Virus record (IMG/VR): IMGVR_UViG_3300005841_000939
DNA length: 64,000 bases
Reading direction: 5' to 3' (one strand)
Source of the DNA: a virus
Lineage: Duplodnaviria; Caudoviricetes
Below, in pieces: positions 1 through 9,007 of this stretch. Made by a program: the position numbers and the translations under genes. How positions within the stretch are numbered: the first letter of the stretch is position 1; each line of letters starts with the position of its first letter. The notes beneath the pieces were generated by a model that saw nothing but the letters and a program-made list of their open reading frames with translations, had not been told where the DNA came from and did no database searches.

Positions 1-800
1 ACTTCGGTGCTCTTGGCAAGACGCATGCCGCGAGCAGTCATTTTGGTGATGAAAGCCTGCGCGGCTGATTCAAACCCCGGGACAGGAGAAGTGAGGTCAG
101 TGAGAAGAACAATCTTCTTCACGTAGTCGTCGTTGCCGAATGCATCAGCGAGGTCGATGACCGTATTCGCCACGCAGTGAGACAGTGCCTGACCAGCGAT
201 GAACAGATCATCGCAATCATTTTGCAGGGTGGTGACGAGGGGAACGTTCAGACCAGTCGAAGGATCCTCAGGATCGGGCACTTCAGCCTTGATGGCCGAA
301 TAGTGTTCGGTGAACATGTTGCTGCCTTTGGTGACCTTGTCCACCACATTACCAGCGACATCTTCCCAATCCGTAAGAGATTGGAGAACCGAAGTTTCCA
401 CACAAGCACCAGGGGTGCCGATGCGACAGTGAGGCGGCCAGATGCAGAGAGGATAGCGACCACCAGCTTTCAAGGCACGAGTGTATGCCAGAGCCTTCTT
501 GAACGTTGATGGAACAGAAACATTCCATATACCATTCACCACGTCCTCATCGGGGATGATCGTGAAAGGAACAGGATGGTTGCCGTTGCGATCCTTCCAG
601 AAGATCGGATGGGCGATGTCGAAATGATGATGCGAATCCAAGGTGACGTGAATATCAGCCAGACGATCACCGACACGTTTCACGAACGTTGCCGTACGGT
701 CGCAGTCATCGGGCGAACCTGCGACGAAAAGAGACCCTGCAGGATTGCAGAAATCCACTTGAGGATCGATCAACAGAAGATGTGGACGTGCGATAGCCAT
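1..800 (-). CDS. pncA: Nicotinamidase/pyrazinamidase (isochorismatase-family cysteine hydrolase); 3' end runs off the window
   Basis: Not in the ORF track. Manual translation from the ATG at 800 (AAGGA RBS upstream) gives MAIARPHLLLIDPQVDFC...TLDSHHHFDIAH...WPPHCRIGTPG...KGSNMFTEHYS...GQALSHCVANT, open to base 1. The catalytic Asp, Lys and Cys and the metal ligands match PncA. Confidence 0.85.
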   Translation of the reverse strand, partial: MAIARPHLLLIDPQVDFCNPAGSLFVAGSPDDCDRTATFVKRVGDRLADIHVTLDSHHHFDIAHPIFWKDRNGNHPVPFTIIPDEDVVNGIWNVSVPSTFKKALAYTRALKAGGRYPLCIWPPHCRIGTPGACVETSVLQSLTDWEDVAGNVVDKVTKGSNMFTEHYSAIKAEVPDPEDPSTGLNVPLVTTLQNDCDDLFIAGQALSHCVANTVIDLADAFGNDDYVKKIVLLTDLTSPVPGFESAAQAFITKMTARGMRLAKSTE

Positions 801-859
801 GTATGTTCCTTTGGAGGGTAGGAACTCACTCTAATGCATTACCACCTTAAGTCAATACG

Positions 860-1180
860 CTATTCCTTTTCCAATATTCCAATGAGGATTGCTCTATTAA
901 GTTCATCTTTTGTCCAATCAAGGCCAGTTTCTTTCTTCAAGGCAGCTAAAACCTCAACCGTCTGATTTCTTAGAACACCAAAAATTCTCTCTTGGAGGAT
1001 TTTATAAACCTCTTTTCCATTTACTCTTACAGATTTATATTCCTTTAAATCATCAGTATACAGATTATCAACAATGAGAAAATTCCAAGAAGTAGGTTTT
1101 ACTACTTTTTCAATTTTCTTTTTAACAGCTTTTTTCTTAGTAGGCATTTGTTCTTTCTTAAACCAAATCGCTTTGTTCAA
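860..1180 (-). CDS. Hypothetical protein
   Basis: 106-aa ORF in the co-directional gene string; no recognisable motif. Confidence 0.5.
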   Translation of the reverse strand: MNKAIWFKKEQMPTKKKAVKKKIEKVVKPTSWNFLIVDNLYTDDLKEYKSVRVNGKEVYKILQERIFGVLRNQTVEVLAALKKETGLDWTKDELNRAILIGILEKE

Positions 1181-1415
1181 TTTTTCTTTTGCGCAAACAG
1201 TTAGTGAAATTTTCTGGCTTTATGTTTCCATCAATTGCCTTCTCTACTTTTAAACGACAATCACCCAAATGCTTTTTTAATTCTTCAACTTTACTTTCAT
1301 CCATAGCCAAATTGAGATTCATTTTAAACACTTCAATATTTTCCATGAGAAATGGACGCCAAGCGCAACCATTACCATCAATTATTACATTTGCAGGATC
1401 TATTTTCCAAGTCAT
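1158..1415 (-). CDS. Hypothetical protein
   Basis: 85-aa ORF with an ATGA overlap to the upstream NUDIX stop. Confidence 0.55.
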   Translation of the reverse strand: MTWKIDPANVIIDGNGCAWRPFLMENIEVFKMNLNLAMDESKVEELKKHLGDCRLKVEKAIDGNIKPENFTNCLRKRKIEQSDLV

Positions 1416-1831
1416 TTTATATATTTCTGTTTTACAAAGTGTGATTGAGTCTCATGTATTCTATCAACTGCATCTTTAGGATCTATCATTTCCCATTTAT
1501 CAATTTCAAAATATCCTTTTTCAGTCTTTGTTGAACAAAGCAATTTTTCAACTTCTATAACAAATTTTACTTTAATCCAAAAAGCAATTAACTTTTTCTT
1601 TTTATGCCCGTAAGCTTTTTCTCCAAGCAATTCAAGCTCATCATGCGCCCAATTTAATTCTAAACCAGTTTCTTCTCGGGTTTCTCTTATTGCAGTTTCA
1701 ACATCAGTTTCACCTTCATTCTTTTTACCCTTTGGAATAGACCAACCAATACTATCTTTAATTCCATGCGGCCTACAAATCAATATTTTACCGGTTGCAT
1801 CTTCAATAATTATTCCACATGTTTTTATCAT
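1412..1831 (-). CDS. NUDIX hydrolase
   Basis: Nudix box GKKNEGETDVETAIRETREETGL (GX5EX7REUXEEXGU). Confidence 0.88.
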   Translation of the reverse strand: MIKTCGIIIEDATGKILICRPHGIKDSIGWSIPKGKKNEGETDVETAIRETREETGLELNWAHDELELLGEKAYGHKKKKLIAFWIKVKFVIEVEKLLCSTKTEKGYFEIDKWEMIDPKDAVDRIHETQSHFVKQKYIK

Positions 1832-1833
1832 AA

Positions 1834-2259
1834 TTACTTCACCGGTACGTGTTCCAATACTTCAAAATAACTAGCAAGATCATTCCATACATTTGCATAT
1901 TGCAAATTATTATACTTTTCTAAATAATAAACTTTTTTGATGTTATTTTGAAGAAGCAATCCCAAACATCTATGACATGGTTGTAATGTCACATAAATAC
2001 TGCAACCATTTGTATTAAACGGGCAAAAACTTATTGCATTTTCTTCTGCGTGCCGTACGTACTCATATTTAAGTGGTCGTTGCCATTTTTCAGCAGTTTC
2101 AATAATTCCTTTTGGAAAACCATTATATCCAGTTGAAAATTGATTATTATCAGGATGAACTATACATGCACCAACATGTGTTGATGGATCTTTACTCAGT
2201 CCTGATGCTGCTAATGCATATTTAAAATATGTATCATGTAGGAGTTGTTGTGTTGGCAT
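1834..2259 (-). CDS. dCMP deaminase
   Basis: SKDPSTHVGACIV, GYNGFP, HAEENAI and PCHRC zinc-deaminase motifs. Confidence 0.9.
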   Translation of the reverse strand: MPTQQLLHDTYFKYALAASGLSKDPSTHVGACIVHPDNNQFSTGYNGFPKGIIETAEKWQRPLKYEYVRHAEENAISFCPFNTNGCSIYVTLQPCHRCLGLLLQNNIKKVYYLEKYNNLQYANVWNDLASYFEVLEHVPVK

Positions 2260-2491
2260 TTTTGTTCTTTGATTCTACCCAATCTATACATTTTTGCAAA
2301 GTCCAGTTACTAGAAATATCCACACATTCGTAAACTACTTCTTTTTCATCGGGATCAATTATTTGAGAAAACCATGCGCCAGATTTCCATTGTCTAGGTT
2401 TAACAATAGCATAAACCTTTTTCTTTGGTGCTGGTGGAACTTCTTCTTGTTTTGGTGTCTCTTCGGGAACTGGAGGTACTTCGTCAGTCAT
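2234..2491 (-). CDS. Hypothetical protein
   Basis: 85-aa ORF with AGGAG upstream, coupled to its neighbours. Confidence 0.55.
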   Translation of the reverse strand: MTDEVPPVPEETPKQEEVPPAPKKKVYAIVKPRQWKSGAWFSQIIDPDEKEVVYECVDISSNWTLQKCIDWVESKNKNANTTTPT

Positions 2492-2688
2492 GAATGTCTT
2501 TCTCCTTCTTGAAAAATTAACATAGATGGTACCTCAATTATTTGATAGGTATCCATATATTGACAATGTGAACTATTTTTAAAAAACTCAAATGCCCAAC
2601 CTGGTGTTTCAAAATCACCACATAGATCATTAAACCCACCCTTTGAATCAGGTGAATTCCAAGCAAATAAATAATATCTTGTTTTCAC
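2488..2688 (-). CDS. Hypothetical protein
   Basis: 66-aa ORF with an ATGA overlap to the downstream gene. Confidence 0.5.
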   Translation of the reverse strand: MKTRYYLFAWNSPDSKGGFNDLCGDFETPGWAFEFFKNSSHCQYMDTYQIIEVPSMLIFQEGERHS

Positions 2689-2712
2689 ACTGCATATTAT
2701 AGTGAAAAATAA

Positions 2713-3387
2713 TTAAATAGCACCCAAATAATTAAGGTAATCTTCATCCTGACGAATTTCATCAAGAACATTAGCAGGAGTCATCGTTGCAGCGACATTC
2801 CATTTTTCGTTTTTAATTGCTACACGAAGCATGGTTGATGAAATATGCGGAATATCAGCATGAATAATTCGATGACGTTCTTCATCATAAAATGGACGCG
2901 ATTTCAATACATCAACAGATAATTTTTCACGATTGAGCACAACCAAATTTGTTGATGAAATAAGATTTTGCCAATTGTGCCACTTATCAAGATTGGCAAA
3001 ATTATCTCCACCAATAATAAGGGTTGGTCTATTAATTCCTTCATGCGAACGAAGTATGTTAACCAACCCTTCAGTTGTTCCGGCTAAGTTATTTAATTCC
3101 CAGCTACGAACATCAAGACGCCATTTACATGTGTCAGGTGCATTTCTAAAAAGAAGCTGCAATAATTTTGTTCTTAATTCAAAAAATGGAAGCTCACCTT
3201 TAAACTTATGTAAAGCAGCAGGTAAAAAAGAAACTCGCTGAACATGGCCATCAAGAATTAAACTTTTAGCTATTTCCAAGTGCGCAAATGTTGGTGGATT
3301 AAAAGCTCCACCAAAAAAAGCTAAATTTGTAGTTGTCGGAATTTTATTCGTCAGATTCGTCTGAAGTTTTTCGTCTGATACGTGCAT
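2713..3387 (-). CDS. nadD: Nicotinate/nicotinamide mononucleotide adenylyltransferase (NadD family)
   Basis: FFGGAFNPPTFAH (HxGH-like), IIGGDNFANLDKWHNW and ISSTMLR motifs. Confidence 0.85.
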   Translation of the reverse strand: MHVSDEKLQTNLTNKIPTTTNLAFFGGAFNPPTFAHLEIAKSLILDGHVQRVSFLPAALHKFKGELPFFELRTKLLQLLFRNAPDTCKWRLDVRSWELNNLAGTTEGLVNILRSHEGINRPTLIIGGDNFANLDKWHNWQNLISSTNLVVLNREKLSVDVLKSRPFYDEERHRIIHADIPHISSTMLRVAIKNEKWNVAATMTPANVLDEIRQDEDYLNYLGAI

Positions 3388-3592
3388 TTCTGATTAATCC
3401 TTCAAGTTTTATATCAATATATAAATTTAAGGCTATGACTATACACAGACCAGTGAAAAACACAACAGGTTGTTTATCGGCATGCAATCCAAGGTTGGCA
3501 GTTACTATTGCATATATAAAAGAACCAAGGAATACTAATAGCATAATTAAGCCTTGTTGAGAATTACCAAAACCTCGTTCCATGGCGAACAA
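3344..3592 (-). CDS. Small membrane protein (two hydrophobic segments)
   Basis: LIMLLVFLGSFIYAIV and VVFFTGLCIVIALNLY hydrophobic stretches. Confidence 0.5.
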   Translation of the reverse strand: MFAMERGFGNSQQGLIMLLVFLGSFIYAIVTANLGLHADKQPVVFFTGLCIVIALNLYIDIKLEGLIRNARIRRKTSDESDE

Positions 3593-3990
3593 TTCAAAGC
3601 CTCAATCATTTTTACTACATTGCGGCGAATAGATGGATCCTTGATTGGATTGTCCAATTTACCAATTTCCAAGATACGTTCAGGAGATCCTATAATTTCA
3701 ATCAAATGAGCATGCAAATGTTTGTGAGTAGTGGAACCCATTTTGATAAAATGATCAATGTTACGCTTCTCTTGTTTCAGCGTGACATTATCAGTACCTG
3801 ATTTTTCTTTCCAGTCATGAGGCTTCATGTCTGTGTGTGCAAATCGTTCGGTGATACTTTGTTCCAATCTTTCAGAGACTGTGACCCAGGCACCACCAGC
3901 AAGTTTCTGCATGAGGACTTCTTGTCCATCAGGCATCTTTACAGTTGAATATGAATTAAGGACAGTTGCAGTTGGATCAAAGTCTGGCAT
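3547..3990 (-). CDS. Hypothetical protein
   Basis: 147-aa ORF in the operon string. Confidence 0.55.
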   Translation of the reverse strand: MPDFDPTATVLNSYSTVKMPDGQEVLMQKLAGGAWVTVSERLEQSITERFAHTDMKPHDWKEKSGTDNVTLKQEKRNIDHFIKMGSTTHKHLHAHLIEIIGSPERILEIGKLDNPIKDPSIRRNVVKMIEALNCSPWNEVLVILNKA

Positions 3991-3992
3991 GA

Positions 3993-4256
3993 TTATTTGG
4001 TTTCTACCAATTTATTATCAATGTCAATATACTTTCCATCTTTATTAACTTTTACCCAATGTGTCGTACCAGATCCTACAATGCAACGTTCTTCATATCC
4101 ATTTTCAGCATAAAACCTAGTTTCTTTTATATTATAATCATAAATCAACCATGAAATTAAACCTACAGTTGAACATATTAAAAAAATAACTATGAGTAGA
4201 GTTGAGTCTTTCATAAAATAACCTTTATTTGCTTGCGTAAATGTATGGACAACCAT
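3993..4256 (-). CDS. Small single-TM membrane protein (true start probably the internal ATG, MKDSTLL)
   Basis: One hydrophobic segment, LLIVIFLICSTVGLISWLIY. Confidence 0.5.
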   Translation of the reverse strand: MVVHTFTQANKGYFMKDSTLLIVIFLICSTVGLISWLIYDYNIKETRFYAENGYEERCIVGSGTTHWVKVNKDGKYIDIDNKLVETK

Positions 4257-5178
4257 ACAGTGATTTCAAATCATTTCCACCAGAATATGAAATTGATGAT
4301 TGCAGGTCTTCTCTCAATTCCTTGATAAGCTTTTCCATTGGTCCTTTATAATCAACGAAAATTTTCTTACCTTCAACGTTCTTATATTCACCTTTATTTG
4401 TATCTGACGCTGAACCAAAATATGCTTTTTTCATATGGCCATTTATTTCCAACATCTCTCCTGCGGATTCTTCATATCCTGCAAATAGATTGCCAGCCAT
4501 GACCATGTGAGCACCAAGAGCCAAAGCCTTTGCAATATCACCATGATGTTGAATTCCACCATCTGCAATAATTGGAACTGTTGCGGCTTTTACACATTCT
4601 TGAACAGTACTTACCATAGGACGATGGAAACCAGTCTTAAACTTTGTTGTACAGACCGAACCACCAGCAATGCCAACTTTGATTGCTTGTGCTCCCCATT
4701 CTTCTAAATCAAATACTGCTTTGTCTGTTGCGACATTGCCTGCAATCAAAAATGTATTGGGAAGTGCATTGCGAATATACTTGATCATTTTCTCACCTTT
4801 TGAACACCATGCATTGGCAATATCAAGGGTGATGAATTCTGGTAATAGATTCTGTGCAATCATATTATTTATTTGTTCATATGATTCGTAATTTACACCA
4901 ATAGAAATACTAGCGATATGACCTTTATCATGCATTTCATCAATAAATTGACATGGATCAACTTCAAATCTGTGCATGGTATAAAACCATTTATTTTCAC
5001 AGAAAAAATCACATGTTCTATTATTAATAACAGACTTCATATTTGCAGCATAGACCGGCATCGCAAATTTATATTTGCCCAACTCTACCTCAGTATTACA
5101 ATCTTTTCTTGATTCAACAATTGTCTTTTGTGGAATCAAGTGAATATCAGAATAGTGAAACTCTTGTGTAATTGTCAT
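4225..5178 (-). CDS. guaC: GMP reductase
   Basis: DIHLIPQK, ANMKSVI, LDIANAW, GNVAT, KVGIAGGSVCTT (catalytic Cys), IIADGGI and GSAS motifs; short GuaC type without CBS domains. Confidence 0.92.
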   Translation of the reverse strand: MTITQEFHYSDIHLIPQKTIVESRKDCNTEVELGKYKFAMPVYAANMKSVINNRTCDFFCENKWFYTMHRFEVDPCQFIDEMHDKGHIASISIGVNYESYEQINNMIAQNLLPEFITLDIANAWCSKGEKMIKYIRNALPNTFLIAGNVATDKAVFDLEEWGAQAIKVGIAGGSVCTTKFKTGFHRPMVSTVQECVKAATVPIIADGGIQHHGDIAKALALGAHMVMAGNLFAGYEESAGEMLEINGHMKKAYFGSASDTNKGEYKNVEGKKIFVDYKGPMEKLIKELREDLQSSISYSGGNDLKSLYGCPYIYASK

Positions 5179-5852
5179 TGTTTTGGCTTTCTTCCTCTTT
5201 TTACAGTCTTCTTTTTTGCAATTGGTGCTTTAGCTTTTGGCTTTTTAACAACTGGTTTTTTTGATGACAAGCTTTTCTTTATTTGTCTGGAAGCTTGAGC
5301 TTTTACTTTGTCTTTTTTAATTCTGGTGTCTGCTGCTGCAATCTTTTTCATTATCTTTTTAGTAAAGACGAATGTGAAGTCACCACTAGGACCAATCGTT
5401 TTATCAAAGCGTAATTCAAAGATTCCTGCATCCATTAAGTCTTCACAAATTTTGAAGAAAATGTTACGGCAAATCTCATCAATTATTCTACCCCAAGCTA
5501 CATCAGTCAATATAAATGATTCTGCATCTTCCGACCAAGTTAAAGTACGCTTGATAATATCATAAACTTCCTCCATCATAATGACGGTATCCATCAATTC
5601 CTCAGTCCAACGTTTTGCCGATGGATCAATATTTCGTGGATCAAGTTTTACTTTATCTTTTTTGAACCTGGTATTGAATTCCCTAATTGAATCGCGCCGT
5701 AACTGTACCATGAACGCTTGAATATCGTTTATAGGAACACCACGTTTTAAAGCGTCTCTTATTTCATCTTCGCTAGGAAAATCATCTTCTTCGTCGTCGT
5801 TATTGAAAAAGTTATTTTTACTCATGTATGTTGTCTTTCGGACTCCACACAA
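5175..5852 (-). CDS. Hypothetical protein with a Lys-rich C-terminal tail (start probably MSKNNFF)
   Basis: Long ORF with an acidic N-terminus and a basic C-terminus. Confidence 0.55.
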   Translation of the reverse strand: MCGVRKTTYMSKNNFFNNDDEEDDFPSEDEIRDALKRGVPINDIQAFMVQLRRDSIREFNTRFKKDKVKLDPRNIDPSAKRWTEELMDTVIMMEEVYDIIKRTLTWSEDAESFILTDVAWGRIIDEICRNIFFKICEDLMDAGIFELRFDKTIGPSGDFTFVFTKKIMKKIAAADTRIKKDKVKAQASRQIKKSLSSKKPVVKKPKAKAPIAKKKTVKRGRKPKQ

Positions 5853-5886
5853 TTATATGTAAGTTTACTTCTGTTGCAAATTGAAG

Positions 5887-6444
5887 TTAGCGAGTACGCA
5901 CCTTGCGTTCAAATATCACATCATGATTTTTATCTGTAACAATATGATTCGTATAAATGAATTTCTTGTGATGAATCGCAGGATCAAATTTTGGTGCGGT
6001 TTCGTTCTCAACACCCTTAAACAAAGTAACGTGTGGTTTATAAGTAGGATATTCTGATGGGGGATAATCACCAACAGTTGTCATCCAAGAATTTATTTTA
6101 TTGAACCATTCATGCATACCTGGAGATTCTAATTCAGTGACAATGCATCCTTTATTGAATAGACTAAACTTTGAAGTAAACGCTTCAATTTCAGGTAATG
6201 GTAAACCATCCAACCATTCAACAAATCTTTCTGGATTTTGACCTGAAAGCATTTTCACATAACGAATAGTTGTATGGAAATGATCAGGTTCTTCTTTTTC
6301 TCCACCTTGCATAATTGGTGCTAATGCATTTTGTAATGCAAGAGCTTCACTGATGTATGGTTCTTCAAGGTAAAGCATGTAGCAAAATGTGGGAACTTTA
6401 TCTTCCTCATTAAGTAATACAAACTCATTAAATGGAGGGATCAT
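5887..6444 (-). CDS. 2H phosphoesterase, T4 gp57B/Acb1-like
   Basis: Two HxT motifs (FHTTIRY and YKPHVTL) spaced as in T4 57B (IHSTICY...YTPHITL), plus an N-terminal YxxxY strand. Confidence 0.72.
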   Translation of the reverse strand: MIPPFNEFVLLNEEDKVPTFCYMLYLEEPYISEALALQNALAPIMQGGEKEEPDHFHTTIRYVKMLSGQNPERFVEWLDGLPLPEIEAFTSKFSLFNKGCIVTELESPGMHEWFNKINSWMTTVGDYPPSEYPTYKPHVTLFKGVENETAPKFDPAIHHKKFIYTNHIVTDKNHDVIFERKVRTR

Positions 6445-6447
6445 GAA

Positions 6448-7080
6448 TTATTTTATTTCGTTCTCAGGCTTTTGTTTAAGTTTCTTTTCGGAGCCTGCGT
6501 CTGTATCAATCTTATGTTCTTTTCTTGCCTTATCAAGATTGTCTTTAGCTGCGGTATCACGGTCTGCATGTGGAGTATATTTTGCAGCAGCCTTCAATTC
6601 TTTTTCAGTCTCTTTACCAAATTGTTCCATCCAATCAAAGAGTTGACGAGCACCCTCTTCATCAGTGGTTTCCATTTTTGGATCTTTTGCAGCATTGCCA
6701 AGCATACCGAAGAACCAATATGGAACGGTATCCTTGATCTTTGTCCATTCAGAATTAATTAAATCTCTATCTTGTTTGGTTTTAGCAACATCTAATTCAG
6801 CTTTAATTTTTGCCAAACTTTCAAAGTATGCTGGAGGCAATTGAACTTTTTTGCCAAGTGCTTCCATTTTGTCAAAGTCAATAATACGTTCAACCATTTC
6901 ACCTGGATTCATTGAACCAAGTAACGCACGAATTTCATTGCGATATTTTTCTAATGGATGGTCAGCTTTCTTAACATCTTTAGCCTTTTCACGGTCTTGG
7001 ACATCATCATGCATCTTGCTGAGTGTTGGAAGATCCGCTGTGTATCCAAACTTTTCTTGAATAAGTTGCTTAATTGACAT
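6448..7080 (-). CDS. Hypothetical charged protein, probably late/virion-associated
   Basis: TATAAATA box 18 nt upstream; N-terminus MSIKQLIQE carries an IxE motif. Confidence 0.6.
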   Translation of the reverse strand: MSIKQLIQEKFGYTADLPTLSKMHDDVQDREKAKDVKKADHPLEKYRNEIRALLGSMNPGEMVERIIDFDKMEALGKKVQLPPAYFESLAKIKAELDVAKTKQDRDLINSEWTKIKDTVPYWFFGMLGNAAKDPKMETTDEEGARQLFDWMEQFGKETEKELKAAAKYTPHADRDTAAKDNLDKARKEHKIDTDAGSEKKLKQKPENEIK

Positions 7081-7097
7081 TTTTTAACTCCATTTCT

Positions 7098-7105
7098 TAT
7101 TTATA
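7098..7105 (-). promoter_or_regulatory. T4-late-type promoter TATAAATA (context AAAATATATAAATA)
   Basis: Exact match upstream of the start at 7080. Confidence 0.65.
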
Positions 7106-7131
7106 TATTTTATAACTTATCCAGGATTTAT

Positions 7132-7169
7132 GAAAACAAAGAAGCCCTGATGCTTTCGCACCAGAGCTT
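7132..7169 (-). terminator. Rho-independent terminator
   Basis: Minus strand reads AAGCTCTGGTGC-GAAA-GCATCAGGGCTT followed by CTTTGTTTT, directly after the stop at 7189. Confidence 0.7.
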
Positions 7170-7188
7170 TATGATTTTCAGCGTTGAA

Positions 7189-8076
7189 TCAGCCCTTGGA
7201 CAGGACGATTTTCTTGCTGAAAGCCTTTGCCTTGACAGTACTTGCGATAGCAAGCCCGGCTCTTTCCAGATTGGCAGCCGAGAGACGGAAGCCGCCGATG
7301 GCGCGACGATCACCAGCAGCACTTTCCTCGATAGTGATGGAATTCGGATGATACGTGATCATTACCAGTTCATCACGCAGGGCAGCAGCATCGATGATCT
7401 TGATGGGAATTTCCAGCTTACCATCATTGCGCTTGGAGATTACCGATTCATTGTCCAGAGCAGACGAAGTGCTCTTGGTAGCCTTTGGAGCAGCAGCCGA
7501 AGTCGTTGGCGCAGCCAGAGCAGGAGTTGCTGCGATGGATGGCGAACCAACAGGAGCAGCCTGCTGGCCAAGGGACAGCGCGACCTGGGCGCGATTCTGG
7601 TATGCAGCAGGATCGGTATTGTCAGGGTGATAGAGCAGCGCGCGGGCAGGGCCAGTTGGAGTCTGGACCGTGATTTCCGTGGACGTATATCCCCGACCGA
7701 CGATCATGCCATCAGCGATAGCGCGACCATCCTTGCGCACTTCGGAATGTCCGACGAAGCCATGCCCGTCAGACTTGACCTTGTTGCTGATGTCCAGCAT
7801 GGTGAACATGCCGAACTGATTGATGAAGTGGTTCAGAGCATCCGTGATGCGCTGGACGAGAGATGGGGTTGCGAGAGCGTTCATTGACTGGTCCTTGGGT
7901 TGATTTGGATCGAAAGGGATATCGGATTCGTAGATGATGTGTTCTTCGTGTTGATGAGATCGATTTATCGTGTATGGGATCTTTTTTTCATGAAGATATA
8001 AGAGGACTTTTTGTCCTGCTATTAGAGCCTTTGCTCCACCATTTCTTAAATCGATTTTGAAGATTTGTTGTGTCAT
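7189..8076 (-). CDS. Hypothetical protein (possible second start at 7884, MNALATP, with an AAGGA RBS)
   Basis: 295-aa ORF; the part downstream of about 7900 is markedly GC-rich; contains an Ala/Pro linker. Confidence 0.6.
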   Translation of the reverse strand: MTQQIFKIDLRNGGAKALIAGQKVLLYLHEKKIPYTINRSHQHEEHIIYESDIPFDPNQPKDQSMNALATPSLVQRITDALNHFINQFGMFTMLDISNKVKSDGHGFVGHSEVRKDGRAIADGMIVGRGYTSTEITVQTPTGPARALLYHPDNTDPAAYQNRAQVALSLGQQAAPVGSPSIAATPALAAPTTSAAAPKATKSTSSALDNESVISKRNDGKLEIPIKIIDAAALRDELVMITYHPNSITIEESAAGDRRAIGGFRLSAANLERAGLAIASTVKAKAFSKKIVLSKG

Positions 8077-8495
8077 CCGCTTGATGACATAGTATAGTAG
8101 ATTCCATCAGGAGCTACAAGCGAAAAACTGGCGGATGTTATTGAGAAGACTTGTTCAGTGATGTATCCAAAATAAACTCTTTCACCAGCGCGCAAATCAT
8201 CAAGGGCTCCGAAATAGCTTCCGTATGCTCCAGGCGCACTCCAATAAAATTTGAAGTTTGCGGAAATTCGTTCGCTAGTAGTATTCCTAGCCTCCATACT
8301 AATTACTGAATCGTAAGCATCACCATCCTGTTTGAACAGAGTTTGATGCAGCGTGAATGTTGCGACAGGAATACCTGAATCGCTATCATATAGCAGGATG
8401 TCAACAGACTTCACCTCTTGCGTATATTCAGGATCCTCGTGATGCAAACACCCTGACAGAAACAGAATAGCAAGAAGAGTGATGCAGTACTTCAT
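8073..8495 (-). CDS. Putative lipoprotein
   Basis: Signal peptide with lipobox: MKYCITLLAILFLSG-C. Confidence 0.6.
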   Translation of the reverse strand: MKYCITLLAILFLSGCLHHEDPEYTQEVKSVDILLYDSDSGIPVATFTLHQTLFKQDGDAYDSVISMEARNTTSERISANFKFYWSAPGAYGSYFGALDDLRAGERVYFGYITEQVFSITSASFSLVAPDGIYYTMSSSG

Positions 8496-8541
8496 ACCTT
8501 CAACTGTACGGAGCTATTCCTTATGTCAATGAAAATCTGAC

Positions 8542-8691
8542 CTACTTCGTCTTGCGTTTTGCAATGTGCTTTGAAGTGGTATCTTGCGGACCATAATTAA
8601 TGTTCTTTTTGCGTTCTGCAGGCCAGTTATCAACTCGGCGCGCAGCTTCATCAAGAATTTTGAAAAGCCAATTTGAGGAATTATGGGTCAT
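8542..8691 (-). CDS. Small hypothetical protein (49 aa, MTHNSSNW...)
   Basis: The ATG at 8691 overlaps the stop of 8681..9004; this is more plausible than the track start at 8832. Confidence 0.4.
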   Translation of the reverse strand: MTHNSSNWLFKILDEAARRVDNWPAERKKNINYGPQDTTSKHIAKRKTK

Positions 8692-9004
8692 ATTTAATTC
8701 CTTTGATTTTAGAATGTCTGAAAGAGTTGGCAAATTCGTAGCACACCCGTTCAGTGTACTTGTCAAGACGTTCCTGACTAACTCTGGAAAGATGATAGTC
8801 ATCCTTGTTTCCAACGACGGTCCACCAACCATTTCCTTCAGGATTATTGGTAAAACCTACTTCCCTTCTTTCGCTATGATTAAATCCAGCATACTTATAT
8901 TCCATAGGCCAACCACCAATCTTCTCTATATCATCATAGAGAGTTGCAGTTGCGTATTGCCCATACTGAAGTGATAGGCCAGGAATCATTTTCCTTTCGC
9001 TCAT
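8681..9004 (-). CDS. Hypothetical protein
   Basis: 107-aa ORF starting 4 nt after the PARP stop. Confidence 0.55.
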   Translation of the reverse strand: MSERKMIPGLSLQYGQYATATLYDDIEKIGGWPMEYKYAGFNHSERREVGFTNNPEGNGWWTVVGNKDDYHLSRVSQERLDKYTERVCYEFANSFRHSKIKGIKYDP

Positions 9005-9007
9005 AAA

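Noticed and set aside
177-821. Plus-strand ORFs 177..509 and 576..821 and minus-strand ORF 248..463 from the track
   Set aside because: They are shadows of the real minus-strand nicotinamidase frame (1..800), which the track missed because it has no stop inside the window.
7150-7887. 245-aa plus-strand ORF, and similar long antisense ORFs over PARP (9398..10447) and TROVE (53983..55634)
   Set aside because: They are antisense to GC-rich genes with clear motifs and RBSs; long shadow ORFs are expected when the coding strand has this codon bias.
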